Part shown: piece by piece, positions 18,999 through 28,936 of the stretch
Numbering within the stretch: the first letter of the stretch is position 1
How the letters are laid out: each line of letters opens with the position of its first letter
Source: a candidate division WOR-3 bacterium
GTDB lineage: Bacteria; Hydrothermota; Hydrothermia; LBFQ01
Assembly: GCA_027003075.1 (NCBI GenBank)
Contig: JALWYV010000005.1
Coordinates: 23,198 to 87,197, forward strand
Direction of reading: 5' to 3'
DNA length: 64,000 nucleotides
Made by a program: the position numbers and the translations under genes
Notes under the pieces: generated by a model
The model's database searches: none
What the model saw: only the letters and a program-made list of their open reading frames with translations
What the model was told of the DNA's origin: nothing

Positions 18999-21085
18999 TC
19001 CTTCTTCCTGCGAAAGAGAGCTGACACCTTTTCTCTGACGGTGGATAACCAGCCCGTCCGTTTCCTGCCGTACCGACCGTAGTACTTACTGTAATAGGTG
19101 GATGCCCTGCCTATCTGGTTGAATATTACGAGGTCGGGTGTCAGGTCTATCTTCTTCAGGTTGGAGCGATGTGTATAGTTATAACGTACGACCAGAACGT
19201 ACCTGACGGCGAACTGGTGCAACAGTTTTATCTCTGGTGAGACGGTAACCGGAGGGAGATCAAGCACAACCCTGAAACGCTGAATGAGATCCCCGATGTT
19301 GTTGAGCATCCTCCTGAAGACCAGCAGGTGGTCTTCCTCCGTTTTACCTACAGGGAGGATGTACAGGTAGTCGTGCACTTTGTGGGGATCGTATTTCCCG
19401 TTGGCATAACCCTCCACATCGGAAAGACCAAAGAGTTCACTCAACCCTTTGGCCCGGATATCCCCGTCTATCAAGAGCACCGGGATACCCGACAGGGCAG
19501 CGGTGGCGGCGAGGTTCGCGCTTATGAAGGTCTTCCCTTCTCCCGTCTGCGTACTGGTTATGGCCACGATCTCTTTGAGCTCGTCAAACATACCTAACCT
19601 GAAAAGTAGCTTTCTGAACTCGTTGAGAGCCGGGGAGGAGGAGTCCACCTCCTTGATACGAACCATCTGGTAGGGCAGGAGATCAAAACGGGAGAAGGTG
19701 GGCATGGATATAACCCTGTCCTTCGGGAAAGGCAGCATATCCTCGTCAAGGAGGACGTCGGTTGTCAGATCCCTGAAAAAGGCCAGAGCAATGCCGATCA
19801 CCAGTCCTATGAGGAAGCCGAGGAGGGCGGCAAACCTGCTCCTGCTGTATATTCCCACTTTTCTGACCGTCGGCTCCCCCAGAATGGATATGTCCGGGAC
19901 GAGACTCCCGAGCTGCACGTCGGTGTCGTTCAACTTCTGGCCCAGAACTATATAGAAGTCCTCCGCATTCTCAAGGTTCCTCTGGATGGTGAGCAGAACG
20001 GACTGCTCCTTAAGTACGACCGGCAGGACCCTCTTGTAATAGGCCATCTGCTCTTTAACGTACTCCAGACTCCTGTCAACGGATTTAAGTATCAGGTTGT
20101 TAAGGGCGTGGAGTTTGCCTTCAAGTATACGGAACTGGGGATGGTGCCTGCCCTTCGTGGTCTCCACACCTCTCATCTCCAGAAGTAGAGATAGCCTCTG
20201 CCTCTGCAGGTCGTTTATTACGGCATCTCCCACATCCACGAAGACCGTATCTTCAGGGGATTTCCTGAGCAGATCCTTCAACTCCTTAAGGGCCATCTCT
20301 CTCTCTTTGAGATTTCCCATCGCGAGAAGCACCTTTTCCTCCGTGAGTTCCGGATACTTCATCTGTTTCTTAAACCTCTCAATCTCACTGGCGAAGTGTG
20401 TGATCTCCTGTTTGTAGAATTCCATAAGTCTGGCGATGGTGTTCCTCTGTCTCAGGAGTTTCCGTTTTTTCTCCTCAAGGTGCTTCTTTATTATCCAGCG
20501 AGCGGTTACTTCTGCGGCCTTTAAAGCCCACCTCTTATCAGGAGACTGCTGTTCAAGTACGAAAAATACCGTAGGGGAAAGGGCGTTTCCACCTTCCCGA
20601 TCCTCAAGCAATCGGATGTTCCCTCTGGAAAGCCGTTTCCATAACCCCAGAGTGTCGTAAACGATCACCGTGAACTTACTGGAGCAGGGGCACTTGACCA
20701 CGCCGGGATTTTTCTCTGTGTACACTCCGGGTTTAAGGGCGGTTATCCCGGCTATACGGCCGCGAACGACCTCGTACATGAGAGAGGTGTCTTTCAGCCC
20801 TGTATAAAACTCCGCAAACTTTATCTTCAGCTTCAGCACGTCAATGTCCACGGATTTTCTCTCCTGAGAGGTGGGAACCTGAGCCGTAAGCACGCTGACC
20901 TCTTTCTCTTTTGCCGTCTGCATCATGTAAATCTGGCCTTTAAAGATGGGTCCTTTCCTCAGGAGAAGGTTGGCTCCCACGGTCAGGAGAGTAGAGAGGA
21001 GGGTAACCAGGAGGATTAGTTTCCATTCCCTTAAAAATACCGCTTTTATCCGCCTGTAGGTGTACTGAAATCCAGTCTCGCTCAT
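18995..21085 (-). CDS. Wzc/Etk-like polysaccharide co-polymerase tyrosine kinase
   Basis: Two TM segments around a coiled coil; Walker A STQTGEGKT, LLIDGDIR, VLDLPP; Tyr cluster STYYSKYYGRYG. Confidence 0.85.
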   Translation of the reverse strand: MSETGFQYTYRRIKAVFLREWKLILLVTLLSTLLTVGANLLLRKGPIFKGQIYMMQTAKEKEVSVLTAQVPTSQERKSVDIDVLKLKIKFAEFYTGLKDTSLMYEVVRGRIAGITALKPGVYTEKNPGVVKCPCSSKFTVIVYDTLGLWKRLSRGNIRLLEDREGGNALSPTVFFVLEQQSPDKRWALKAAEVTARWIIKKHLEEKKRKLLRQRNTIARLMEFYKQEITHFASEIERFKKQMKYPELTEEKVLLAMGNLKEREMALKELKDLLRKSPEDTVFVDVGDAVINDLQRQRLSLLLEMRGVETTKGRHHPQFRILEGKLHALNNLILKSVDRSLEYVKEQMAYYKRVLPVVLKEQSVLLTIQRNLENAEDFYIVLGQKLNDTDVQLGSLVPDISILGEPTVRKVGIYSRSRFAALLGFLIGLVIGIALAFFRDLTTDVLLDEDMLPFPKDRVISMPTFSRFDLLPYQMVRIKEVDSSSPALNEFRKLLFRLGMFDELKEIVAITSTQTGEGKTFISANLAATAALSGIPVLLIDGDIRAKGLSELFGLSDVEGYANGKYDPHKVHDYLYILPVGKTEEDHLLVFRRMLNNIGDLIQRFRVVLDLPPVTVSPEIKLLHQFAVRYVLVVRYNYTHRSNLKKIDLTPDLVIFNQIGRASTYYSKYYGRYGRKRTGWLSTVREKVSALFRRKKD

Positions 21086-22107
21086 TCCAGATCCAGCCTC
21101 TGCTTTGCCCTCTTGTAGAACCTCTTAAGGTTGCGGATGATGCGTTTGAGTTTCTTTCTATCGGAAGACGGAGCCTCCTCGTAGTACTTCAGGGCAACTT
21201 CAAAGTACTTTATCGCCTCGTCAAACTTACCCAGAAAGTACTTGGTATAACCGAGGTAGTACGCGATGTATACCACGTTGTAGGGTACGTTCGGCTGATC
21301 CCTGAGTATCAGGTATAGTAGCCCTTCGTAAACGTCCTCCGCATCGTCAAACCGGCCTTCTCTTAAAAGCAATCCACCGTACACCCATCGGAAATACCGG
21401 CTCTCCGGGTACCTCTCAACGTAAGATCTCAGTATGGGTATGGCTTCTCTCGCCCGGCCTTCCCTCATGAGGACCCAGGCCAGCGTCAGGGCGGAGATAA
21501 CGGAGGTGTAGTGTCCCTTTCTCCATGCAAGTTTGAGGTACTCTATGCCTTTCTTTTTTCTCTCCTCCCGGTTTTTCACAAGAAAGAAGGTGGGGATTAT
21601 GCCTATGCGGTTGGGTGCCTTGGATAGGGCGTAGTTGTATATGCCCAGAGGGAAATAGGCGTCGTACAGTGTGGAGTCCTCCTCTATCGTGGCCTTCAGG
21701 GGTTTAACCCCCTCAAGGGCGTACTTCAGAGCTACCACGTAGTTCCCGGATCTGCCAGCGCGCATGGCCTTGTAGCCGTAGGACCCGGCTATAAAGAAGA
21801 GCATCCACGCCTTTTCCTTACCCTTTACTCCATCGGACAGGCGGGCCTTAGCCTTCTCCTCCGCAATTTTCATGTTCTTGAAGAATTCGTTCTCGTATCT
21901 GTTAGTGTGGTAGTCCTCCATGTAGTAATCGTAAATGGCGGCCTTAAAGAAGTAACCCACCGGTTCGTGGGGATAACGCTTTATGGCCTCGTTTATTACG
22001 GAGAGAGCGGCCCCGTACCTCTCGCGATACGTGTACTCCAGAGCAGTTAACACGAGGCTGTCCAGCTCAGGACTGAACGGTACTGCTGCTGGGATTAAGA
22101 GTATCAA
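21082..22107 (-). CDS. TPR-repeat protein
   Basis: TPR-like helices (DAYFPLGIYNY, YYLGYTKYFLGKFDEAIKYFEVAL); TAAAAT 8 nt before TTG. Confidence 0.8.
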   Translation of the reverse strand: MILLIPAAVPFSPELDSLVLTALEYTYRERYGAALSVINEAIKRYPHEPVGYFFKAAIYDYYMEDYHTNRYENEFFKNMKIAEEKAKARLSDGVKGKEKAWMLFFIAGSYGYKAMRAGRSGNYVVALKYALEGVKPLKATIEEDSTLYDAYFPLGIYNYALSKAPNRIGIIPTFFLVKNREERKKKGIEYLKLAWRKGHYTSVISALTLAWVLMREGRAREAIPILRSYVERYPESRYFRWVYGGLLLREGRFDDAEDVYEGLLYLILRDQPNVPYNVVYIAYYLGYTKYFLGKFDEAIKYFEVALKYYEEAPSSDRKKLKRIIRNLKRFYKRAKQRLDLE

Positions 22108-24529
22108 CGGGTGTTATTTTACCGGTGATGGACTCGTTCAGAGGTAGGTCGTAGAAGAACCCCCTGAAGAGTATCAGGTTTCCCGGTACGTCCTTGGTTA
22201 CGGCTACGGCGACCTCGTACTCTCTATGGCCGATCTTCAGGAGGGCCTTATCCCCGTCCTTAAGTCCCTGTTTCTCTGCGTACTCGGAGCCCACGAACAC
22301 AGTCTTTTCCTTCACGAAGGGTTTGTGTATCCTGTTTCTGAAGGCGTAGTAGGAGCCACGGTAGATGTCGTGCGTGTGCAGGAGTAGCAGCCCATCACGT
22401 TTCTCGCCTTTCACAGGGGTATACCCCTCAACGGCGAAATCGTACGATGCGAGCGGGTACCTGTAAACCCTCTTGAGTTTGGCTATGGTGGGAACGTAAT
22501 CGGGGTACGGCCTCTCCTCGTACGGCATGTCGTAAGGGTGGAAGTCAAGGTTCTGATAGACGAGAACGTTCTTAACCATCTCGTCAAACACATCGCGGGC
22601 GTTCCTCCACGGGGCGGTTCCACCGAGGCGGTTTATGAGGCTCTTGAATATCCACCAGGCAGGACGGCTACCCTCGTAGGGCCACAGGGCGTCTTTGCCG
22701 TACTGCACCCTCCCCTCAAGGTTGGTACGGGTACCTTCCTCCTCGTAAGGTACGGTTATGGGCAGAACGGCCGAGGCGTACTCCGTGGAGGGGTCCCAGA
22801 AGGAGGTCATAACCACAACGAAGGGGGTGTTCTCAAGGGCCTTAACCACCAGATTCCTGTCGTAGTACTCGTAGAGAGGCTCAACCTCCCAGAGGAAAAG
22901 AACGTCTATCTCACCGTTGGCTGCTTTCTGAAGGATCTCTCCAGTGGTGGAGCCGTCGGGGAAGGGTGTGAATTCAACGTCCACGAATCCCTGCCCGTTG
23001 GGGGCCGTCCTCAGGAGGAGGAACTTCACCCGGTCGTCCACTGCCGATACGTGGGCGAGATTGGACTGAGCTTCGGCGTCCATATCGTCCGGGAAGATGA
23101 GTAGGGGGGACTTAGCATCTTTAAACGCCTTCACCACGTCTGCAAGCTCCGGATCTGGCTCGTCAACGGTGAACTGGTAGGTAAGATAAGTTTCGCTTCC
23201 CGCAGGCACCTTCACCCACTCGGCCCATCCATCCCGTACGTACCTCTCCCTGTAGGGGTTCAGGACGAATATCCTGGCTCCCCTGCGGGCGGCTCTGACG
23301 AGGCGGATACCTATACCCGGAACGGTCTCTCTCACGTCCCCGAAGATGAATATGGCGTCAGCCTTATCTATATCGGCCACCTTCGCGGTTGAGGCGGAGT
23401 AACCCACCGCTCTCCTTATCGGATCCTCCTTAAAGGCGGCGTGGGGAGGACGGAAGTCCACGTCCTGCGTCATGAGGATCTCCTTGAACAGCCTTCGGCC
23501 GGCGTAGGCGGCTTCGTTCGTCCCCCTTCCACCGGATATAACGGCGATCCTCTTACCCTTCACGTTCTCGGCTACCCAGTCAAGGGCTATCTCCCAGTTG
23601 ACCTTTACCCACTTGCCGTCTCTGGACTTCAGGTGGGGATAGTCCACCCTGTCCTTGTGGTTGTAAACGTACTCGTGGGAGAACCTGTCCCTGTCCGTGA
23701 TCCAGAACTCGTTTACGTCGGGGTTCTCGCGGCCGTTTATCCGCACCACCTTGTGGACGTCCTCCCTCTTACCACCCTTCACCATCTTACCCTTCGTGTA
23801 GGGTTTGCGGCTTATCACCTCCACCGTAACGTTGGCACCGAGGGAGTCCTCGGGACTTATGGCCGGAACTTTCTCAATGTTCCACGGCCTCGTGTAGTAC
23901 TTGTAATCCCCACCGTTTATAGCTCCGACGGGGCAGATCTCAATGAGGTTGCCGGAGAACTCGTTGTTGACGAAGCGATCCTTCTCAGGCCCGAAGACGG
24001 TGTACCATCCCCTGTCAAAGACTGACCAGTCCTTACCTCCTCCTATCGTCCAGTAGAAGGTGGAACACTTGAAGCACTGGATACACCTGTGAGGTTCAAG
24101 GTCAAAGTAGGGACCGGCGTCGTGCTTGGGGAAAAGCCTCTTGGGGAAGGTGTACTTGCTGGTCGTGGGGCCGAAGAGGTAGGTTATTTCCTGAAGGTCA
24201 CACTCTCCACCCTTATCGCATATGGGACAGTCAAGGGGGTGGTTCGTCAGGAGCAGGGCCACAACGGACCTCTGGGTCTCCTTAACCGGTTCGGTTGTCG
24301 TCCATACCTTCATCCCGTTCTCAGCCCGTGTGGCGCACGCGGGCTTTAACCCCCTGCGTCCTCTCCGATCTTCAACCTCAACGAGACAGACCCTACACCC
24401 GGCCCATACAGGGAGTTTGGGATGATAACAAAAAACGGGGATCTTCTCTCCGTTCCTCCACGCTATATCAAGTAAGGTTTCGCCCTCTTTGAACTCAACT
24501 TCCTTACCGTTAAGCAGGATTTTTGCCAT
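22067..24529 (-). CDS. nuoG: NADH-quinone oxidoreductase subunit G-like protein
   Basis: FCYHPKL..GCRVC..PAC, NHPLDCPICDKGGECDLQ, RCIQCFKC..EFSGNLIEICPVGA. Confidence 0.9.
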   Translation of the reverse strand: MAKILLNGKEVEFKEGETLLDIAWRNGEKIPVFCYHPKLPVWAGCRVCLVEVEDRRGRRGLKPACATRAENGMKVWTTTEPVKETQRSVVALLLTNHPLDCPICDKGGECDLQEITYLFGPTTSKYTFPKRLFPKHDAGPYFDLEPHRCIQCFKCSTFYWTIGGGKDWSVFDRGWYTVFGPEKDRFVNNEFSGNLIEICPVGAINGGDYKYYTRPWNIEKVPAISPEDSLGANVTVEVISRKPYTKGKMVKGGKREDVHKVVRINGRENPDVNEFWITDRDRFSHEYVYNHKDRVDYPHLKSRDGKWVKVNWEIALDWVAENVKGKRIAVISGGRGTNEAAYAGRRLFKEILMTQDVDFRPPHAAFKEDPIRRAVGYSASTAKVADIDKADAIFIFGDVRETVPGIGIRLVRAARRGARIFVLNPYRERYVRDGWAEWVKVPAGSETYLTYQFTVDEPDPELADVVKAFKDAKSPLLIFPDDMDAEAQSNLAHVSAVDDRVKFLLLRTAPNGQGFVDVEFTPFPDGSTTGEILQKAANGEIDVLFLWEVEPLYEYYDRNLVVKALENTPFVVVMTSFWDPSTEYASAVLPITVPYEEEGTRTNLEGRVQYGKDALWPYEGSRPAWWIFKSLINRLGGTAPWRNARDVFDEMVKNVLVYQNLDFHPYDMPYEERPYPDYVPTIAKLKRVYRYPLASYDFAVEGYTPVKGEKRDGLLLLHTHDIYRGSYYAFRNRIHKPFVKEKTVFVGSEYAEKQGLKDGDKALLKIGHREYEVAVAVTKDVPGNLILFRGFFYDLPLNESITGKITPVDTLNPSSSTVQS

Positions 24530-24759
24530 GGAGGGTATTATACTGGGGAAGGGAAGTAAAGAACCCCCAGTCTGGAGGAACGATGCTATTATCCGTGCAG
24601 GGGAGTTTGCAGGTGGATCGGTGTCTGTACACGGGGTGATGATAAGTTTCCGGGGAATATAGGGTAAAGGTCTTTGCTGCTATGCTGAACGTTGGGGTAA
24701 TTGTGGGACACTATGTGGCTGTGAGTGCATAAGTCTACATTACAGACTGATTTGTATCA

Positions 24760-24996
24760 CAAAGCGACTTCGTAAACCTCCGGAAAATTCTAACTTACGT
24801 GGGGTGCTTGAACGACCGTTCAAACGTATTAAAAGGCCGTTTCCTCAATAGTGATGGGCATCCACACCCACTTCGCAAACCCCCCGGGATTTCTGCAGGA
24901 TTGGAGGTTTGCGAACCTCCACCTTCATTTTCCCGCCCTTATAATACCCGGTAGTTCCGCATGAGAATTGAGAATTTGGCGAGGGATGAGAGATGG
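24760..24996 (+). promoter_or_regulatory. CRISPR leader
   Basis: Non-coding region before repeat 1; inverted repeat TTCGCAAACC (24872)/GGTTTGCGAA (24906); TATAAT at 24940. Confidence 0.7.
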
Positions 24997-26445
24997 GTTT
25001 ACAGCCTACCTATAAGGGATTGAAACTTGTAATACTCCCATGCATCTTTAACCTCCTTGCCATGTTTACAGCCTACCTATAAGGGATTGAAACTTACCTG
25101 CCAGCGCTTTACGCCGTCGTCGTAGTATTTGGTTTACAGCCTACCTATAAGGGATTGAAACGGCCGCTTAGGAGACCTATGGAGGTGTGAAAATGGGGTA
25201 CGTTTACAGCCTACCTATAAGGGATTGAAACCCAGCAGCCCTGGGCGTGGTCATGCCACGTTGATATGTTTACAGCCTACCTATAAGGGATTGAAACAAG
25301 GGGGTGAAAATGACTAAGCCTCGTATTCCCGATAGTTTACAGCCTACCTATAAGGGATTGAAACCCGCATCGCTGAATTCTGGCACGACCGGTATTCCCG
25401 TGTTTACAGCCTACCTATAAGGGATTGAAACATAATTCGGGATGTTCCCGTTCAAGGCGGCGGCGAAAACGTTTACAGCCTACCTATAAGGGATTGAAAC
25501 CGGCGAGGAGCGTCTTACCGAAACGACGGCCACAGGCGAGTTTACAGCCTACCTATAAGGGATTGAAACTCCGAGGAGTGCCACCATATAGTTGTTATAT
25601 CATGGGCGGTTTACAGCCTACCTATAAGGGATTGAAACTGCTTCATTTGAGTACTCAAGTTCCCAGACACGTTTGGGTTTACAGCCTACCTATAAGGGAT
25701 TGAAACAGGAACTCACGGAGGGACTTTTGCGGACTGGAGGTGGTTTACAGCCTACCTATAAGGGATTGAAACCGTGGAGTCCTCCGAAAACTGGCATACC
25801 CTCGTAGCCCGTTTACAGCCTACCTATAAGGGATTGAAACCCGGGGCAAGATGTGTTGCCGTGCAACCCAAGGCGGGTTTACAGCCTACCTATAAGGGAT
25901 TGAAACAGGCCATCAACCCGCCGCAGGACGTAAAGGAACTAATGTTTACAGCCTACCTATAAGGGATTGAAACTGATCCCCCGCCGTCCATACCTCCCCA
26001 TAGCAGGGATCCGTTTACAGCCTACCTATAAGGGATTGAAACCGGGCGGAGTCTGGTCCAGGAGCTGGAGGACTCCGCGTTTACAGCCTACCTATAAGGG
26101 ATTGAAACAAAGTATTTGGTCTGATTCTAACAACGTAAACGCCCAAAGTTTACAGCCTACCTATAAGGGATTGAAACTGATTCGCGTTCTATCCCGCACC
26201 CTACATAAGGATTCTGGTTTACAGCCTACCTATAAGGGATTGAAACAGCCTCATCTTTCACCTCCTTTTTCAGGTTTTCCGCAAGTTTACAGCCTACCTA
26301 TAAGGGATTGAAACGCCCTTAGAACATCCATATCAAAGTGTTTTCCGGGGGTTTACAGCCTACCTATAAGGGATTGAAACTAGTGCGATACGAGGACCAG
26401 GAGACAGAAGATAAGGTTTTCAGCCTACCTATAAGGGATTAACTC
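24997..26445 (+). CRISPR. CRISPR array, 22 repeats (last degenerate) and 21 spacers of about 35-40 nt; no adjacent cas genes
   Basis: 30-nt repeat GTTTACAGCCTACCTATAAGGGATTGAAAC; terminal copy GTTTTCAGCC...GGATTAAC at 26416; ATTGAAAC end typical of class 1 (I-B/III) repeats. Confidence 0.98.
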
Positions 26446-27553
26446 ATAGAGTTATCCCGTACCTCTCAAGCACGAGATTCTTGAACTCCTTCGGATCGCG
26501 ACTCACACGCAGCAGCCGACCTATTTCCATCCTCTTCATAACCGGGGGATAGTTGCCCGGAAACTCCTTCACAGCCTTCTGTACGAGTTCACGGAACTCC
26601 GCAATGCGGGAAGTATAGTACTTCACGAACTCTTCCCACTCCATTACCTTCCTAAATCCTGGTCCTAGAACGTTTAACGTCCTGTCGTCTCTCTTCCACG
26701 CAAAGTTCACGTTGTACCTCTCAGCCATTTCCTCCATACGATCCTCCGGCAGATTTTTAGGGGCTTCGGTGAACCGGAGAGTATGGGCTACTATTCTAAC
26801 GTCCACAGTGATAGCCCACACTTCCCTATCCTCTATCCACAGACGAACCAGAATAAACAGTGGAAATACGATGGCCAAATTACCTTTTATCCCAACAAAG
26901 GCCAACCTGACCTTTTCAAACTCTCCTCTCATCGGCTCTCCAAAGCTCTTTAGCGCCCGGAAAAACCCATGCCTGTCCTCTTCTCCCGGAACGTAGATTA
27001 TGGAAAACCCCATAGCCCTCGCATGGAGGGTTGGATCAATCTTTTTCCTCTTTGGTTTCTTCTCCTTCTCCTCATCTTTCTTCCCGGATATCAAGGATAG
27101 GACGATGCTCCTCGTTTTGGTTTCCTCAACGTCGGATCTGGAGGACAGTACTTTCCTCCTGACTATATCAATGCCGAACATCTCCTCAATCGCTTCCTCA
27201 TCCATATCCGCAACTTCTACGTACACTTCCCATCCGTTTTCTATTATCCCCTTTATCGTTTCCTTCAAAACATCTTCTGAACGTCGTACGATGTGTTGCA
27301 GATATTTCTCACCGTACTTCTCGGCTGCGTATCGGAAAAGCTTCATCCCCTGAAGTGATGATGGAGGACCTTCGGGTAACAGATCCAGCCACCACGGACT
27401 TTTAGCAAAGATGCCCTCGGCAGAAAGAAGTTTACCCCGGTATATGTAGATCGTCAGGATAGGATCTCCGAACATACCCCGCCTGACGTGTATAACACCG
27501 CTCCTCCTTTTGTGGATAAAATTGTTAACTACCTTCCGGATATCCTTCATCAA
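26444..27553 (-). CDS. Hypothetical protein with DUF4388/PATAN-like N-terminus
   Basis: KRRSGVIHVRRG...IYIYRGKLLSAE resembles the DUF4388 pattern SG.L.V....G.IYF..G.I..A. Confidence 0.5.
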   Translation of the reverse strand: MMKDIRKVVNNFIHKRRSGVIHVRRGMFGDPILTIYIYRGKLLSAEGIFAKSPWWLDLLPEGPPSSLQGMKLFRYAAEKYGEKYLQHIVRRSEDVLKETIKGIIENGWEVYVEVADMDEEAIEEMFGIDIVRRKVLSSRSDVEETKTRSIVLSLISGKKDEEKEKKPKRKKIDPTLHARAMGFSIIYVPGEEDRHGFFRALKSFGEPMRGEFEKVRLAFVGIKGNLAIVFPLFILVRLWIEDREVWAITVDVRIVAHTLRFTEAPKNLPEDRMEEMAERYNVNFAWKRDDRTLNVLGPGFRKVMEWEEFVKYYTSRIAEFRELVQKAVKEFPGNYPPVMKRMEIGRLLRVSRDPKEFKNLVLERYGITL

Positions 27554-27614
27554 CGGTAGACAATACTAAAGCCGAAATCCCCTTCCGTTATCAGGCTCTG
27601 AAAGGTAAAAATTT

Positions 27615-28754
27615 TTAACCTTGCCCTCTGGCCAGTTCCACGGCCATACGCGCCCCTTCGGACATGGTCTCAGCCGTCTTCAGGGGCAGGCCGGATTCGG
27701 CCAGCATCTTACGGCCTATCTCCTCGTTCGTACCCGTCAACCTAACCACCACAGGCACCCTCACGTCCATGGTCTTAAAGGCCTCTATCAGGCCGGCGGC
27801 TATGTCGTCGCACCGGGTTATGCCACCGAAGATATTTATGAAGACCACCTTCACGTTGGGGTCCCTCAGGATTATGTCCATGGCCTTCTTGACCTTCTCC
27901 GGGTTAGAGGACCCCCCCACGTCAAGGAAGTTAGCCGGCTCACCCCCCCAGTACTTTATAACGTCCATGGTGGCCATGGCCAGACCGGCCCCGTTCACCA
28001 TACAACCTATATCGCCGTCCAGTTTTACGAAGGAGAGACCGGCCTCCTTGGCCTCCTCCTCTTCGGGATTAACGTAATCCATGTCTTTGTACTGAAGGAG
28101 GTCAGGATGGCGGAACAGGGCGTTATCGTCTAATATTATCTTGGCATCCACGGCCACGAGATCGTTAGCAGGCGTAACGACGAGGGGGTTTATCTCGGCA
28201 AGCTGGGCATCGGTGGCGAAGTAGACTTCGGAAAGTTTCTGGTATATACCCGCGGCCTTCAGGGCGAGTTTGTTATCCTCAAAGACCTGAAAGGCCAGTT
28301 CCCTCGCCTCGTAGGGCTTCAGGGGTTCGGTTATGTGCTTCTTAACTATGGCCTCAGGCTTCGTCCTCGCTATCTCCTCTATGTCAACCCCACCCTCCTT
28401 TGAGGTTATAAACACGGCCTTAGAGGTACGCCTGTCAAGGGTTACGCTCACGTAGTACTCCTTTGCTATGTCAACGGCCTCGGTTATAAGGATCTTCTTG
28501 ACCTTTATGCCCTTTATGGTCAGGTTGAGAATCTCCTCGGCTTTTTTAACGGCCTCATCGTAATCCTTCGCGAGTTTCACCCCTCCGGCCTTACCGCGGC
28601 CCCCTACGGGGACCTGCGCTTTTATGACCACGGGGTACTTCATCCCCTTGAGTATATCCTTCGCCTCCTCCACCGTACGGGCGAGCTTGCCAGTCTGGGT
28701 AGGTATGCCGAACTTCTTAAAGACTTCTTTGGATGCCCACTCAAGCAACTTCAT
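27615..28754 (-). CDS. sucC: Succinyl-CoA synthetase beta subunit
   Basis: KAQVPVGGRGKAGGV, EINPL, MVNGAGLAMATMD, NIFGGITRCD; start ATG 28754 (TAAAAT 8 nt upstream). Confidence 0.96.
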   Translation of the reverse strand: MKLLEWASKEVFKKFGIPTQTGKLARTVEEAKDILKGMKYPVVIKAQVPVGGRGKAGGVKLAKDYDEAVKKAEEILNLTIKGIKVKKILITEAVDIAKEYYVSVTLDRRTSKAVFITSKEGGVDIEEIARTKPEAIVKKHITEPLKPYEARELAFQVFEDNKLALKAAGIYQKLSEVYFATDAQLAEINPLVVTPANDLVAVDAKIILDDNALFRHPDLLQYKDMDYVNPEEEEAKEAGLSFVKLDGDIGCMVNGAGLAMATMDVIKYWGGEPANFLDVGGSSNPEKVKKAMDIILRDPNVKVVFINIFGGITRCDDIAAGLIEAFKTMDVRVPVVVRLTGTNEEIGRKMLAESGLPLKTAETMSEGARMAVELARGQG

Positions 28755-28936
28755 AGGCGGGTATTTTACTGGTGCAGGCGAGGTTGTTCCCGTAATAGCG
28801 TTGTGAATTTTCCCAAACACTTTTCTACGTACGCTCTCCTCCCCGATGAAAGGATCCGGCTGGGGAACGTTCAGTTTTAACCTATCGTAATACTGAGTTA
28901 TAACATCGGACTTATCTCTCGTATAATCTCCCGACA

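Noticed and set aside
25425-26311. ORFs with repeating LQPTYKGLK peptides
   Set aside because: They are translations of the CRISPR repeats, not proteins
24997-26445. Self-targeting spacers or nearby cas genes
   Set aside because: I saw no spacer match within the window by eye (not exhaustive), and the flanking ORFs have no Cas motifs
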